A DNA stretch of 64,000 nucleotides. Origin: Actinomycetota bacterium (GTDB taxonomy: Bacteria > Actinomycetota > Actinomycetes > S36-B12 > GCA-2699445). The stretch is from positions 18,618-82,617 of the forward strand of contig JAPOIY010000005.1 in assembly GCA_029978705.1 (NCBI GenBank), given 5' to 3'. How positions within the stretch are numbered: position 1 is the stretch's first letter; each line of letters starts with the position of its first letter. Shown piece by piece: positions 38,772-46,459 of the stretch. The notes under the pieces are model-generated. The model was not told where the DNA came from and searched no databases. It saw only the letters and a list, made by a program, of their open reading frames with translations. A program made the position numbers and the translations under genes.

Positions 38772-39568
38772 ACCGGGAACTGGCGGAGTTGGCGCTGGAC
38801 ATCGGACGGGAGGCGGCGGCCCTGCTGCTCGCCGGATCCGCCGACGTCGCGCCCGTGGCCACGAAGACCTCGCCGCACGACCTGGTCACGCAGCGGGACC
38901 GCGAGTCCGAGGACCTGATCCGCCGCCGGATCGAGGAGGCGCGCCCCGGGGACCAGGTGCTGGGGGAGGAGCAGGGCACCGTCGGGGCCCGCTCCGACGT
39001 CAAGTGGATCGTCGACCCCCTCGACGGCACCGTGAACTACTTCTACGGCCAGCCGGCGTGGGCGGTGTCCATCGGCGTCGAGCGGGCCGGACAGCCCTGT
39101 GCCGGGGTCGTGGTCGCCCCCGCCCTGGGCGAGGAGTACGTGGCCGTCGCGGGGGAGGGCAGTTGGACGATCGTGGCCGGAGACTGGCGGCGCCTGGCCG
39201 TGTCGGGGCAGGAGCAGTTGGCCGACTCCGTCGTGGGCACCGGGTTCGGCTACGTGGCGGAGCGACGCGCGGATCAGGGCCGCATCGTCGCCGCCCTGCT
39301 GCCCCACCTGCGGGACATCCGCCGGGTCGGCGCGGCGGCCCTCGACCTGTGCTGGGTGGGTGCGGGCCGGCTGGATGCCCACTACGAGCGGGGCCTGCAG
39401 CCGTGGGACCGGGCCGCCGGCTCACTCGTGGCGGCCGAGGCCGGGGCTATCGTGGCCGGGCTCCCCGGGCAGCCCGCCGGCACGGAACTGGCCATCGCCG
39501 CCAGCCCCGCCGTCTATCCGGAGCTCGCGCGGCGCCTCGCGGACCTGGGCGTGCTCGCCGGACCCTGA
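38768..39568 (+). CDS. inositol monophosphatase family protein
   Basis: Motifs GEEQG, WIVDPLDGTVNY and WDRAAG. ATGA overlap with the hemH stop. Trimmed from ORF 38474..39568. Confidence 0.9.
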   Translation: MNRELAELALDIGREAAALLLAGSADVAPVATKTSPHDLVTQRDRESEDLIRRRIEEARPGDQVLGEEQGTVGARSDVKWIVDPLDGTVNYFYGQPAWAVSIGVERAGQPCAGVVVAPALGEEYVAVAGEGSWTIVAGDWRRLAVSGQEQLADSVVGTGFGYVAERRADQGRIVAALLPHLRDIRRVGAAALDLCWVGAGRLDAHYERGLQPWDRAAGSLVAAEAGAIVAGLPGQPAGTELAIAASPAVYPELARRLADLGVLAGP

Positions 39569-39573
39569 CCCGC

Positions 39574-40092
39574 TCAGTCCAGTCGGCGCAACTCGGCGTT
39601 GTACCAGTGGGCGTTGCCCACATAGACCTCGGCGGCGGCGGCGTTGGCCCCCGCCGGGACCCGATCGGGCAAGATCCGGGCGGGTACCCCCAGGGCCATC
39701 GCGCCGGCCGGCACCTCGGTGTCATTCGTGACCAGGGCCTGTGCGCCCACCAGCGACCCCCGGCGCAGGACCGCCCGGTGCAGGACCGCCGACCCCGAGC
39801 CGACGAGGCAGTCGTCCTCCACGACACATCCCTCCAGGTGGGCTAGGTGACCGATCGTGCACCCATCCCCGACGACGGTGTCGTGGGTGGCCGTGCAGTG
39901 GATCACCGCCCCGTCCTGCACGGAGGTCCGGGCGCCGATCCGGATCGCGCCGTGGTCGCCGCGCAGGACTGCGGCCGGCCACACCGTCGACTCGGGTCCG
40001 ATGGTGACGTCCCCGATGATGACGGCGTCGGGATGCACGAAGGCGGAGTCGGCGATGGTCGGTTCGCGTTCGCCGATGGCGTACAAGGGCAT
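39574..40092 (-). CDS. gamma carbonic anhydrase family (left-handed beta-helix) protein
   Basis: 172 aa from MPLYAIGE (ATG 40092, SD GAAGGAG). Hexapeptide repeats and His ligands (LRGDHG..., IHCT). Confidence 0.85.
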   Translation of the reverse strand: MPLYAIGEREPTIADSAFVHPDAVIIGDVTIGPESTVWPAAVLRGDHGAIRIGARTSVQDGAVIHCTATHDTVVGDGCTIGHLAHLEGCVVEDDCLVGSGSAVLHRAVLRRGSLVGAQALVTNDTEVPAGAMALGVPARILPDRVPAGANAAAAEVYVGNAHWYNAELRRLD

Positions 40093-40110
40093 ATCAGGGC
40101 TCCTTCGGGC

Positions 40111-40138
40111 GCTTCTGCCTCCAGAGGATGGCAGAAGC
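40111..40138 (-). promoter_or_regulatory. perfect 9-bp stem hairpin just upstream of the SD of the gamma-CA-like gene
   Basis: GCTTCTGCC (40111-19) / GGCAGAAGC (40130-38) with a 10-nt loop. SD GAAGGAG follows on the minus strand. Confidence 0.4.
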
Positions 40139-40260
40139 CGGCCCGCGTCGGGCGTGTGATGTGTCACTCACCGAGCGGTCCGGGGTGACCTGTGGGGCGA
40201 TGTGAGGCAGAATGCCCGCGCCGCCTCAGATTTCGACCAGGCAGGAGATGACGGCAGCTC

Positions 40261-40554
40261 ATGGCCACGGACTACGACGCACCGCGCAAGACCGACGACG
40301 AAGCGACCGACGAGAGCATCGAGGAACTGAAGGCCCGGCGCAGCGATCGCGGCAACTCCACGGTGGACGTCGACGAGACGGAGCTGGCCGAGAACCTGGA
40401 ACTGCCCGGCGCCGACCTGTCCGACAAGAGTCTCGAGGTCCGGGTCCTGCCGAAGCAGTCCGACGAGTTCACCTGCAGTGAGTGTTTCCTGGTCCACCAC
40501 AAGAGCCAGCTGGCCGACGCGAAGAACCGCATCTGCTCCGACTGTCTGGGCTGA
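40261..40554 (+). CDS. DUF4193 domain-containing protein
   Basis: 97 aa. Acidic N-terminus MATDYDAPRKTDDE. C-terminal zinc ribbon FTCSECFLVHH...ICSDC. SD AGGAGA. Confidence 0.8.
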   Translation: MATDYDAPRKTDDEATDESIEELKARRSDRGNSTVDVDETELAENLELPGADLSDKSLEVRVLPKQSDEFTCSECFLVHHKSQLADAKNRICSDCLG

Positions 40555-40560
40555 CCGCCG

Positions 40561-40839
40561 TCACACGGTCTCGAGGTGGGTCAGGTCCGACTGGGCCTCC
40601 GCCCGGACCGTCGCCTTGGCCACCTGCCGGGTCACCACGGTGTTGACCACCGCGGCCACGACCGCGGCGCCCGCCGCGAACACGATCACGCGGCCCATCG
40701 GGGCGTCGAGGTCCTCGGGCTGCGGGGGCTGGTTGCCGGTGGCCATCTCGTAGCCACCCGACAGCACCTTGCGCGCCACCCAGATGCCTCCCATGGCGAT
40801 CAGGGGCGCGGTGATCTTCAGAACATCGGCACCGGTCAC
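40561..40839 (-). CDS. DUF4235 domain-containing small membrane protein
   Basis: 92 aa from GTG 40839 (SD GGGAGA). Two hydrophobic segments. 4-nt overlap with the upstream DUF3093 gene. Confidence 0.6.
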   Translation of the reverse strand: MTGADVLKITAPLIAMGGIWVARKVLSGGYEMATGNQPPQPEDLDAPMGRVIVFAAGAAVVAAVVNTVVTRQVAKATVRAEAQSDLTHLETV

Positions 40840-41396
40840 GGATTCTCCCTCTCCACGGCCCCGGGGTCCGGCGATAGTCGCTCCCCGGGTTGGTCCGACC
40901 CTAGCCTGCCCTCTGCCGGTACGGGGAACTGCGCCCGGATGGCCGCCGCGAGGGCGTCGGGATCGCGGCTGCTGACCAGCCAGAACGGGTGCGGGTCGGC
41001 CGGGTCGCTCACGTCGATCCGGATGGTGAGGGGTGACGACCACGTGCGCAGCACGGTGTAGGCCCGTGGGTCGAACCCGCTGCGCCGGGCCGTGATGCTG
41101 GCCTGCGCGTCGAGGGCGGTGACGGCCCCGGCGAACCGACCGGGCAGCCGGGCGCGGCCCACCCGGATCACGCATTCGTCCACGCGGATCACGACGACAG
41201 TGGACGCCAGCAACAGGACCGCGCTGCCCCCCACCAGCACCGCCGCGGTGATGCCCGCGGCCCCGCCCAGGGCGAAAGCGAAGGCCACCCCCACCGCGCC
41301 TGCGAAAGCCGCGGCGAGGAGCCACAGCCACCAGGGGGGCAGCAGCCGTTCGGAGTACGCGACGGCGGTGCCGTCGCGACCCTCGGTGCACGTCAT
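40836..41396 (-). CDS. DUF3093 domain-containing membrane protein
   Basis: 186 aa from MTCTEGRDG. Motif ERLLPPWWLWLL, two TM helices, then a soluble domain. Conserved neighbour of dut. Confidence 0.65.
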   Translation of the reverse strand: MTCTEGRDGTAVAYSERLLPPWWLWLLAAAFAGAVGVAFAFALGGAAGITAAVLVGGSAVLLLASTVVVIRVDECVIRVGRARLPGRFAGAVTALDAQASITARRSGFDPRAYTVLRTWSSPLTIRIDVSDPADPHPFWLVSSRDPDALAAAIRAQFPVPAEGRLGSDQPGERLSPDPGAVERENP

Positions 41397-41438
41397 GACC
41401 CGATCGTGCCACGCATATCGCCGCCCCCCGCGGCCCGA

Positions 41439-41444
41439 TAGGGT
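41439..41444 (+). promoter_or_regulatory. -10 box (TAGGGT), leaderless thioesterase-dut-DUF3710 operon
   Basis: 6 nt upstream of GTG 41451. Confidence 0.45.
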
Positions 41445-41450
41445 CAGAGG

Positions 41451-41978
41451 GTGAACGAGGCTCCGCGACGCCACCCGCACGCACCGCCGCCCGGCGCGCC
41501 CCTGCCGAGCCACTTCCCCTACTGCTACGGCTGCGGTCGCGACCATCCCAGCGGGCTGCATCTGACCATCGTCGCCGGTCCGGACCTGACGATGACGGGC
41601 CGCTTCCTGGTGACCGAACAGCATCAGGGGGCGGCCGGCCTGATCCACGGCGGCGTCCTCGCGGCGGCCTACGACGAGGTGCTGGGCGCCTGCAACTGGC
41701 TGCTGCTGGCGCCCGCGGTCACCGCCCACCTCGAGGTGGACTTCCGGCGTCCCGTGCCCGTGGGCACCGAGGTGATCATCGACGCGCGGGTGGACTCGGT
41801 CGACGGCCGCAAGGTCCGCACGTCCGGGGAGGGCAGGTTCGCCGACGGGACCGTGGTCGGGCAGGGGTCGGGGCTGTTCATCCAGGTACCCCTGGAACAC
41901 TTCGCCGACCACGGTGGGCGCCGCAGCGTCACTGAGATGACCCGCGACCTGAGCGGTGGGATGGAGCTCAACCCATGA
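41451..41978 (+). CDS. PaaI-family (hotdog fold) thioesterase
   Basis: 175 aa. Motif GLIHGGVLAAAYDEVLG. GTG lies 6 nt after TAGGGT. Confidence 0.75.
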   Translation: MNEAPRRHPHAPPPGAPLPSHFPYCYGCGRDHPSGLHLTIVAGPDLTMTGRFLVTEQHQGAAGLIHGGVLAAAYDEVLGACNWLLLAPAVTAHLEVDFRRPVPVGTEVIIDARVDSVDGRKVRTSGEGRFADGTVVGQGSGLFIQVPLEHFADHGGRRSVTEMTRDLSGGMELNP

Positions 41979-42436
41979 CGGGCGTGGACGTCCTCGTGCA
42001 ACGACTGGACCCCGGGGCACCCCTGCCGTCGCCCGGGCACCCCGGCGACGCCGGTCTCGACCTGGTGACCACGCGCGACGCCACACTCGAGCCGGGCCAG
42101 CGGGCCCTGCTCCCGACGGGGATCGCGATCGCGCTGCCCCCGGGGTGGTTCGCCGCCATCGTGCCCCGCAGCGGGCTCGCCGCGAAACAGGGCATCGGCA
42201 TCGTCAACAGCCCCGGCACCGTGGATGCCGGCTACCGGGGGGAGATCCAGGTGTGCCTGATCAATCTCGACCCCGATCAGTCCGTCACAGTGCGCCGGGG
42301 CGACCGAATCGCCCAGATGGTCGTGCAACGGGTACCTCACGTGCGGTTGCATGAGGTCGAGCAGTTGCCCGGCAGCGACCGCGGCGCGGGCGGTTTCGGA
42401 TCGACCGGGATCGTCTCCGGAGAGGAACATCGATGA
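41975..42436 (+). CDS. dut: dUTP diphosphatase
   Basis: 153 aa. Motifs AGLDL, RSGLA, GTVDAGYRGE and C-terminal RGAGGFGSTG. ATGA overlap upstream. Confidence 0.95.
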   Translation: MTGVDVLVQRLDPGAPLPSPGHPGDAGLDLVTTRDATLEPGQRALLPTGIAIALPPGWFAAIVPRSGLAAKQGIGIVNSPGTVDAGYRGEIQVCLINLDPDQSVTVRRGDRIAQMVVQRVPHVRLHEVEQLPGSDRGAGGFGSTGIVSGEEHR

Positions 42437-43152
42437 TCTTCAAGAAGAAGGACAATGAGGCCGGCTACGAGGAGCCGCTGGACGACAGCATCCCGGACGA
42501 TATGAAGCCCGAGGGGGCGCCCGAGGTCGACGCCGGGGAGGACCTGGCCGCCGCCATGGCCGCCCTCGACCGCACCCAGGGCCCGTTCGACATCAGCGAG
42601 GTGGCCGAACCCGACGCCATGGCCGGCGAGAGGATCGACTTCGGAGCCGTCCAGGTCCCCTTGGTCGACGGGCTGGAGATCCGGGTCGAACTGGACCAGG
42701 AGAGCAACGAGCCCGCTGCCGTCACCCTCGTCCACGGCCAGGGCGCCGTCCAGGTCCGGGCGTTCGCGGCCCCCCGCACGGGGGGCGCCTGGGAGGACGT
42801 GCTGGCGGACCTCCGTACGGAGATCACCGAGGGTGGCGGGTCGCCCGACGAGTCCACCGGACCGTTCGGGACCCAGGTCCTGGCGGCCGTGACCGGCCAG
42901 GATGAGCAGGGCAACCAGGTGGTCCAGCCCATCCGCTTCGTCGGCGTCGACGGTCCCCGGTGGCTGCTGCAGGGCGTGTTCTTCGGCGAGGGGACCGACC
43001 CGGAGCGGGCGGGCAACCTGGAGTCCATCTTCCGGTCGCTGGTCGTGGTACGCGGCGACACCGCCATGCCGGTCGGCGCGATGCTCCCCCTGAGCCTGCC
43101 CGAGCAGGTGCCCGGTCAGGTCGAGGAGTCGTCCGACGATCCCGCCGACTGA
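42433..43152 (+). CDS. DUF3710 domain-containing protein
   Basis: 239 aa, acidic. ATGA overlap with dut. Conserved dut neighbour in actinobacteria. Confidence 0.7.
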   Translation: MIFKKKDNEAGYEEPLDDSIPDDMKPEGAPEVDAGEDLAAAMAALDRTQGPFDISEVAEPDAMAGERIDFGAVQVPLVDGLEIRVELDQESNEPAAVTLVHGQGAVQVRAFAAPRTGGAWEDVLADLRTEITEGGGSPDESTGPFGTQVLAAVTGQDEQGNQVVQPIRFVGVDGPRWLLQGVFFGEGTDPERAGNLESIFRSLVVVRGDTAMPVGAMLPLSLPEQVPGQVEESSDDPAD

Positions 43153-43862
43153 GCCGCTGCCAGGGCGCGTCCGGCCGTCGCGCCGAACACCGACAGGTCC
43201 GTCGCGGGCTCCGACCGCGGGATCTGCAGCAGCGCCGAGTGTGGGATGAGGTCGTGCCAGCGTCTGGCCACGGACTCCGGGTGCAACGGATCGTCACCCA
43301 GGGCCACGATGCCGACCGGCACCCGGATCCGGCGCAGCATCTCCTCGTCCGGCCCCGGCTGGGTGGCCGCGGCCGCCAGTTCGGCGACGAGGTCTCCGTC
43401 GGTGCGTTCCGCCCACGCGCCGGCCAGAAGGGGGGTGACCCAGTCATCGGGATCCAGTTCCGCCAGCACCCCGGCGGTGCCCAGTGCCGCCACCGCGTCG
43501 GCCGCTGCCGCCGTCATGTCCGCCACCCGGCCCGGCGGCCCGGTCCACGCCGGCATCACCACCAGGCCGCCGACGACGTGCGCCGGCAGGTCCGGCCGCG
43601 CCAGCAGGCGCGCTGTGGCGTGCGCGCCCAGGGACACCCCGCCGAGGACCGTGGGGCGGGGCGGGGGCGCCGCCGCCGCCAGCCCGGTCATCACCTCGCC
43701 GATCCGGCCCGTGCGGTCGTCCAGGTAGCGGCACTCGGCGGCCCCCAGCGCCTCGGCGGGGAAGGCCCGCTCGAGGAACCGGCTGCTGGACCCGGCGCCG
43801 TGGGCCAGCACGACGCGGCACTGCGCGAAGGGGACCGATGTCATGCCGCCATGGTGGCCCAT
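43116..43862 (-). CDS. alpha/beta hydrolase
   Basis: Motifs LAHGAGSS and nucleophile elbow GVSLGAH. Start is ATG 43862 or 43844 (uncertain). 37-nt convergent overlap with the DUF3710 gene. Confidence 0.7.
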   Translation of the reverse strand: MGHHGGMTSVPFAQCRVVLAHGAGSSSRFLERAFPAEALGAAECRYLDDRTGRIGEVMTGLAAAAPPPRPTVLGGVSLGAHATARLLARPDLPAHVVGGLVVMPAWTGPPGRVADMTAAAADAVAALGTAGVLAELDPDDWVTPLLAGAWAERTDGDLVAELAAAATQPGPDEEMLRRIRVPVGIVALGDDPLHPESVARRWHDLIPHSALLQIPRSEPATDLSVFGATAGRALAAAQSAGSSDDSST

Positions 43863-43897
43863 GCCCGGCCGACGTTGGTTCCCGGTGGGGGGCGGGC

Positions 43898-43903
43898 TAC
43901 CGT
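43898..43903 (+). promoter_or_regulatory. -10 box (TACCGT), leaderless OB-fold/DUF3159 operon
   Basis: 6 nt upstream of ATG 43910. Confidence 0.4.
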
Positions 43904-43909
43904 GGCGGT

Positions 43910-44284
43910 ATGGGACTGCTCGACACCGCTCGGTCGCGTTTCCGCACCGGACTGTCCCGCACCGCCACCGAGGAGCGGGATCTGCGCCAGGTCGCCGAGG
44001 ACGTCGGGGCCACGCCCATCGACTCCTGCCAGCGCGGCCAGGAAGTCACCACCTGCGGTGTGCTCAGCAGCGTCATGCTGCGGCCCCGCGCCGGCGTTCC
44101 CTCCGTGGAGGCCGACCTGTACGACGGGACCGGGCACATCACCCTCGTCTGGCTGGGCCGCCGCCAGATCCTGGGCATCGAAGCCGGACGCGCGGTGGTC
44201 ATCAAGGGCCGCATGACGTGTATGGAGGACGGGACGACCATCTTCAACCCGCGGTACGAACTGCGACCCCGCGGCACCACGTGA
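43910..44284 (+). CDS. OB-fold nucleic acid-binding domain protein
   Basis: 124 aa, trimmed from ORF 43484..44284. Conserved partner of DUF3159. ATG lies 6 nt after TACCGT. Confidence 0.7.
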   Translation: MGLLDTARSRFRTGLSRTATEERDLRQVAEDVGATPIDSCQRGQEVTTCGVLSSVMLRPRAGVPSVEADLYDGTGHITLVWLGRRQILGIEAGRAVVIKGRMTCMEDGTTIFNPRYELRPRGTT

Positions 44285-44991
44285 GCGGCGACGACGACAC
44301 GGGCAGCGAGGACGGCAAGGGCCTCGTCAACGCCGAGGAGATGTCCCGCGCCCTCGCCGACGGGATCGGGGGCAGTCGGGGTCTGATCGACTCCAGCCTG
44401 CCGACCGCGGTGTTCCTCGTCGCCTACCTCGTCACCGGGTCGCAGCTCATGCCCGCAGTGTGGGCCGCCTTGGCGGCGGGCCTCGTGGTGGCGATCCTGC
44501 GGAAGGTCCGGGGTGAGCCGCTGCAGCAGGTGGTCGCCGGCCTGGTCGGTGTGGGGATCGCGGCTTTCCTGGCGGCCCGCACGGGCAAGGCCGAGGACTT
44601 CTTCCTGCCCGGCATCCTGATCAACCTGGCCTACGCGGCGGTCTTCGCGGTGTCGGCGCTGATCCGGCGGCCTCTCGTGGGGTACGCCGCCGGGGCGGTC
44701 ACCGGCCACCTCACCGCCTGGCACGGGGACCCGGCCGCCCGGCGCGGCGCCACCATCGCGACCTGGCTGTGGGCGGCCATGTTCACCGTGCGGGTGCTCG
44801 TGCAGGTCCCGCTGTACTTCGCCGGCATGGTGGGTGCGCTGGGGGTGACCAAGATTGTCCTGGGGTGGCCGCTGTTCCTGCTGGTGGCCTACCTGTCCTA
44901 CCGCATCATGGCGCCCGTGCTGCAGCGTCCCGAGGTCGCCGAGGAGACGGAACTCGATCCCGACGATCAGTCCTCGTCGGGATCGGCGTGA
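44281..44991 (+). CDS. DUF3159 domain-containing membrane protein
   Basis: 236 aa from GTG 44281 (GTGA overlap). About 6 TM segments. Confidence 0.7.
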   Translation: MSGDDDTGSEDGKGLVNAEEMSRALADGIGGSRGLIDSSLPTAVFLVAYLVTGSQLMPAVWAALAAGLVVAILRKVRGEPLQQVVAGLVGVGIAAFLAARTGKAEDFFLPGILINLAYAAVFAVSALIRRPLVGYAAGAVTGHLTAWHGDPAARRGATIATWLWAAMFTVRVLVQVPLYFAGMVGALGVTKIVLGWPLFLLVAYLSYRIMAPVLQRPEVAEETELDPDDQSSSGSA

Positions 44992-45659
44992 CGGTGCACG
45001 TGGCCCGGCGCCAGTAGCTGCTGGAGGGGCTCCTCCTGGCTGGGCGCGCACACGAACAGCAACTCGTCCCCCGCTTCGAGGGGATCGTCCGGGGTGGGTG
45101 CGATGACGTGGGAGCCGCGCACGATGGCGACCAGCGCGCTGTCGGTCGGCCACGCCACGTCCCCCACCCGACGCCCCCCCAGGGTGGAATCGGCCGGCAG
45201 GGTCAGTTCCACGAGGTTCGCCTCCCCCTGACGGAACGTGAACAGGCGCACCAGGTCGCCGACGGTGACCGCCTCCTCCACCAGGGCCGACAGCATGCGC
45301 GGGGTCGACACCGCCACGTCGACCCCCCAGGACTCGTCGAACATCCACTCGTTCTTGGGATGGTTGACCCGCGCCACGACACGGGGGACCCCGTATTCGG
45401 TCTTGGACAGCAGCGCGACCACCAGATTGGCCTTGTCGTCGCCGGTCGCAGCCACCACGACCTGGCAGCTCGGCAGGTCGGCCTCGGTCAGCGACGCGAT
45501 CTCGCAGGCATCGGCCAACAGGATCTCGGCTCCCTTGACGACGCTGCCCGCCACGATCTCCGGGTCCCGGTCGATCAGCAAGACGTCGTGCCCGTTGGCG
45601 ATGAGCTCCCGCGCGATGCTGCGCCCGACCTTGCCCGCGCCGGCGATGGCTACCCGCAT
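44967..45659 (-). CDS. trkA: TrkA-family potassium uptake regulatory protein (RCK: TrkA-N + TrkA-C)
   Basis: MRVAIAGAGKVGRSIAREL (Rossmann GxGxxG) plus a C-terminal TrkA-C domain. Trimmed to ATG 45659. Confidence 0.9.
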   Translation of the reverse strand: MRVAIAGAGKVGRSIARELIANGHDVLLIDRDPEIVAGSVVKGAEILLADACEIASLTEADLPSCQVVVAATGDDKANLVVALLSKTEYGVPRVVARVNHPKNEWMFDESWGVDVAVSTPRMLSALVEEAVTVGDLVRLFTFRQGEANLVELTLPADSTLGGRRVGDVAWPTDSALVAIVRGSHVIAPTPDDPLEAGDELLFVCAPSQEEPLQQLLAPGHVHRHADPDED

Positions 45660-45660
45660 G

Positions 45661-46326
45661 TCAGTTGCTCTCCTTCGGCGGCTCCATGAGGACCTGCTGG
45701 ACCTGGCTCTTCTCATCGACCCGCATCACGACGTGCAGCAGGTCCCCCTCCTGCAGGACGGTGTCCGGCTCCGGAAGCAGTCCCTCCCCATACCTCGTCA
45801 CGAAGGCGATCCGCGACCCGGTCATCTCCCCGATCCACCGGATCCGATGTCCGATCCACAGGGGATGGAACGAGACCTGGGCGAGGATGATGGTCCCGCT
45901 GGGGTCGCGCCACTCCTCCGATGCTCCTTCCAGCAGCAGCCGGCGCATCATCTGGCCCGTGGACCAGGCGACGGTGGCCACCGTCGGGATCCCCAGCCGT
46001 TCGTAGATCTCGGCCCGCCTCGGGTCGTAGATCCGCGCCACGACGTTCTGCACGCCGAAGGTTTCGCGGGCCACCCGGGCGGCCAGGATGTTCGAGTTGT
46101 CGCCACTGCTGACCGCGGCGAAGGCCTCGGCTCGTTCGATACCCGCCTCCCGGAGCCGGTCGCGGTCGAATCCGACACCGAGGACGGTCTGCCCCCGGAA
46201 CCCCGGCCCGAGGCGGCGGAAGGACGTGGGGTCGCGGTCGATGACCGCCACGGAGTGGCCCTCCTGCTCCAACTTCAGCGCCAATGCCGAGCCGACCCGG
46301 CCGCAGCCCATGATGACGATGTGCAC
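45661..46326 (-). CDS. trkA: TrkA-family potassium uptake regulatory protein (RCK), second copy
   Basis: (M)HIVIMGCGRVGSALALKL. 221 aa. GTG 46326 preceded by SD GGGAGG. Stop lies 1 nt before the next trkA start. Confidence 0.9.
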   Translation of the reverse strand: MHIVIMGCGRVGSALALKLEQEGHSVAVIDRDPTSFRRLGPGFRGQTVLGVGFDRDRLREAGIERAEAFAAVSSGDNSNILAARVARETFGVQNVVARIYDPRRAEIYERLGIPTVATVAWSTGQMMRRLLLEGASEEWRDPSGTIILAQVSFHPLWIGHRIRWIGEMTGSRIAFVTRYGEGLLPEPDTVLQEGDLLHVVMRVDEKSQVQQVLMEPPKESN

Positions 46327-46445
46327 CTGGCCTCCCGACGTGAACCGGGACCACGCTACACGCCGCGGCAGGGCGAGTCAGGGGGCGCCGGCCCGGACCG
46401 AACGGCCGCCGACGGGGGAAGTGGCTCGGGGTGTGGCCGCGGGCC

Positions 46446-46451
46446 TACGAT
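46446..46451 (+). promoter_or_regulatory. -10 box (TACGAT) upstream of APC permease
   Basis: 8 nt upstream of GTG 46460. Confidence 0.35.
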
Positions 46452-46459
46452 CAGTTCCC

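Noticed and set aside
40155-40167. CRP/GlxR-like site TGTGA-TGTG-TCAC upstream of DUF4193.
   Set aside because: The spacer is 4 nt rather than the 6 nt of TGTGA-N6-TCACA, and the right arm is incomplete. It is kept only as a generic palindrome within the finding on that intergenic region.
46327-46459. Possible c-di-AMP (ydaO-type) riboswitch in the trkA/APC-permease divergent region, prompted by ACGGGGGAA and CGGGGTG strings near K+ genes.
   Set aside because: The region is only 133 nt and must also hold two promoters. I could not find the conserved 3' element (roughly CCGAACCCGACAGCUNACCUCG) or the pseudo-symmetric architecture. A covariance-model scan (Rfam RF00379) would settle it.
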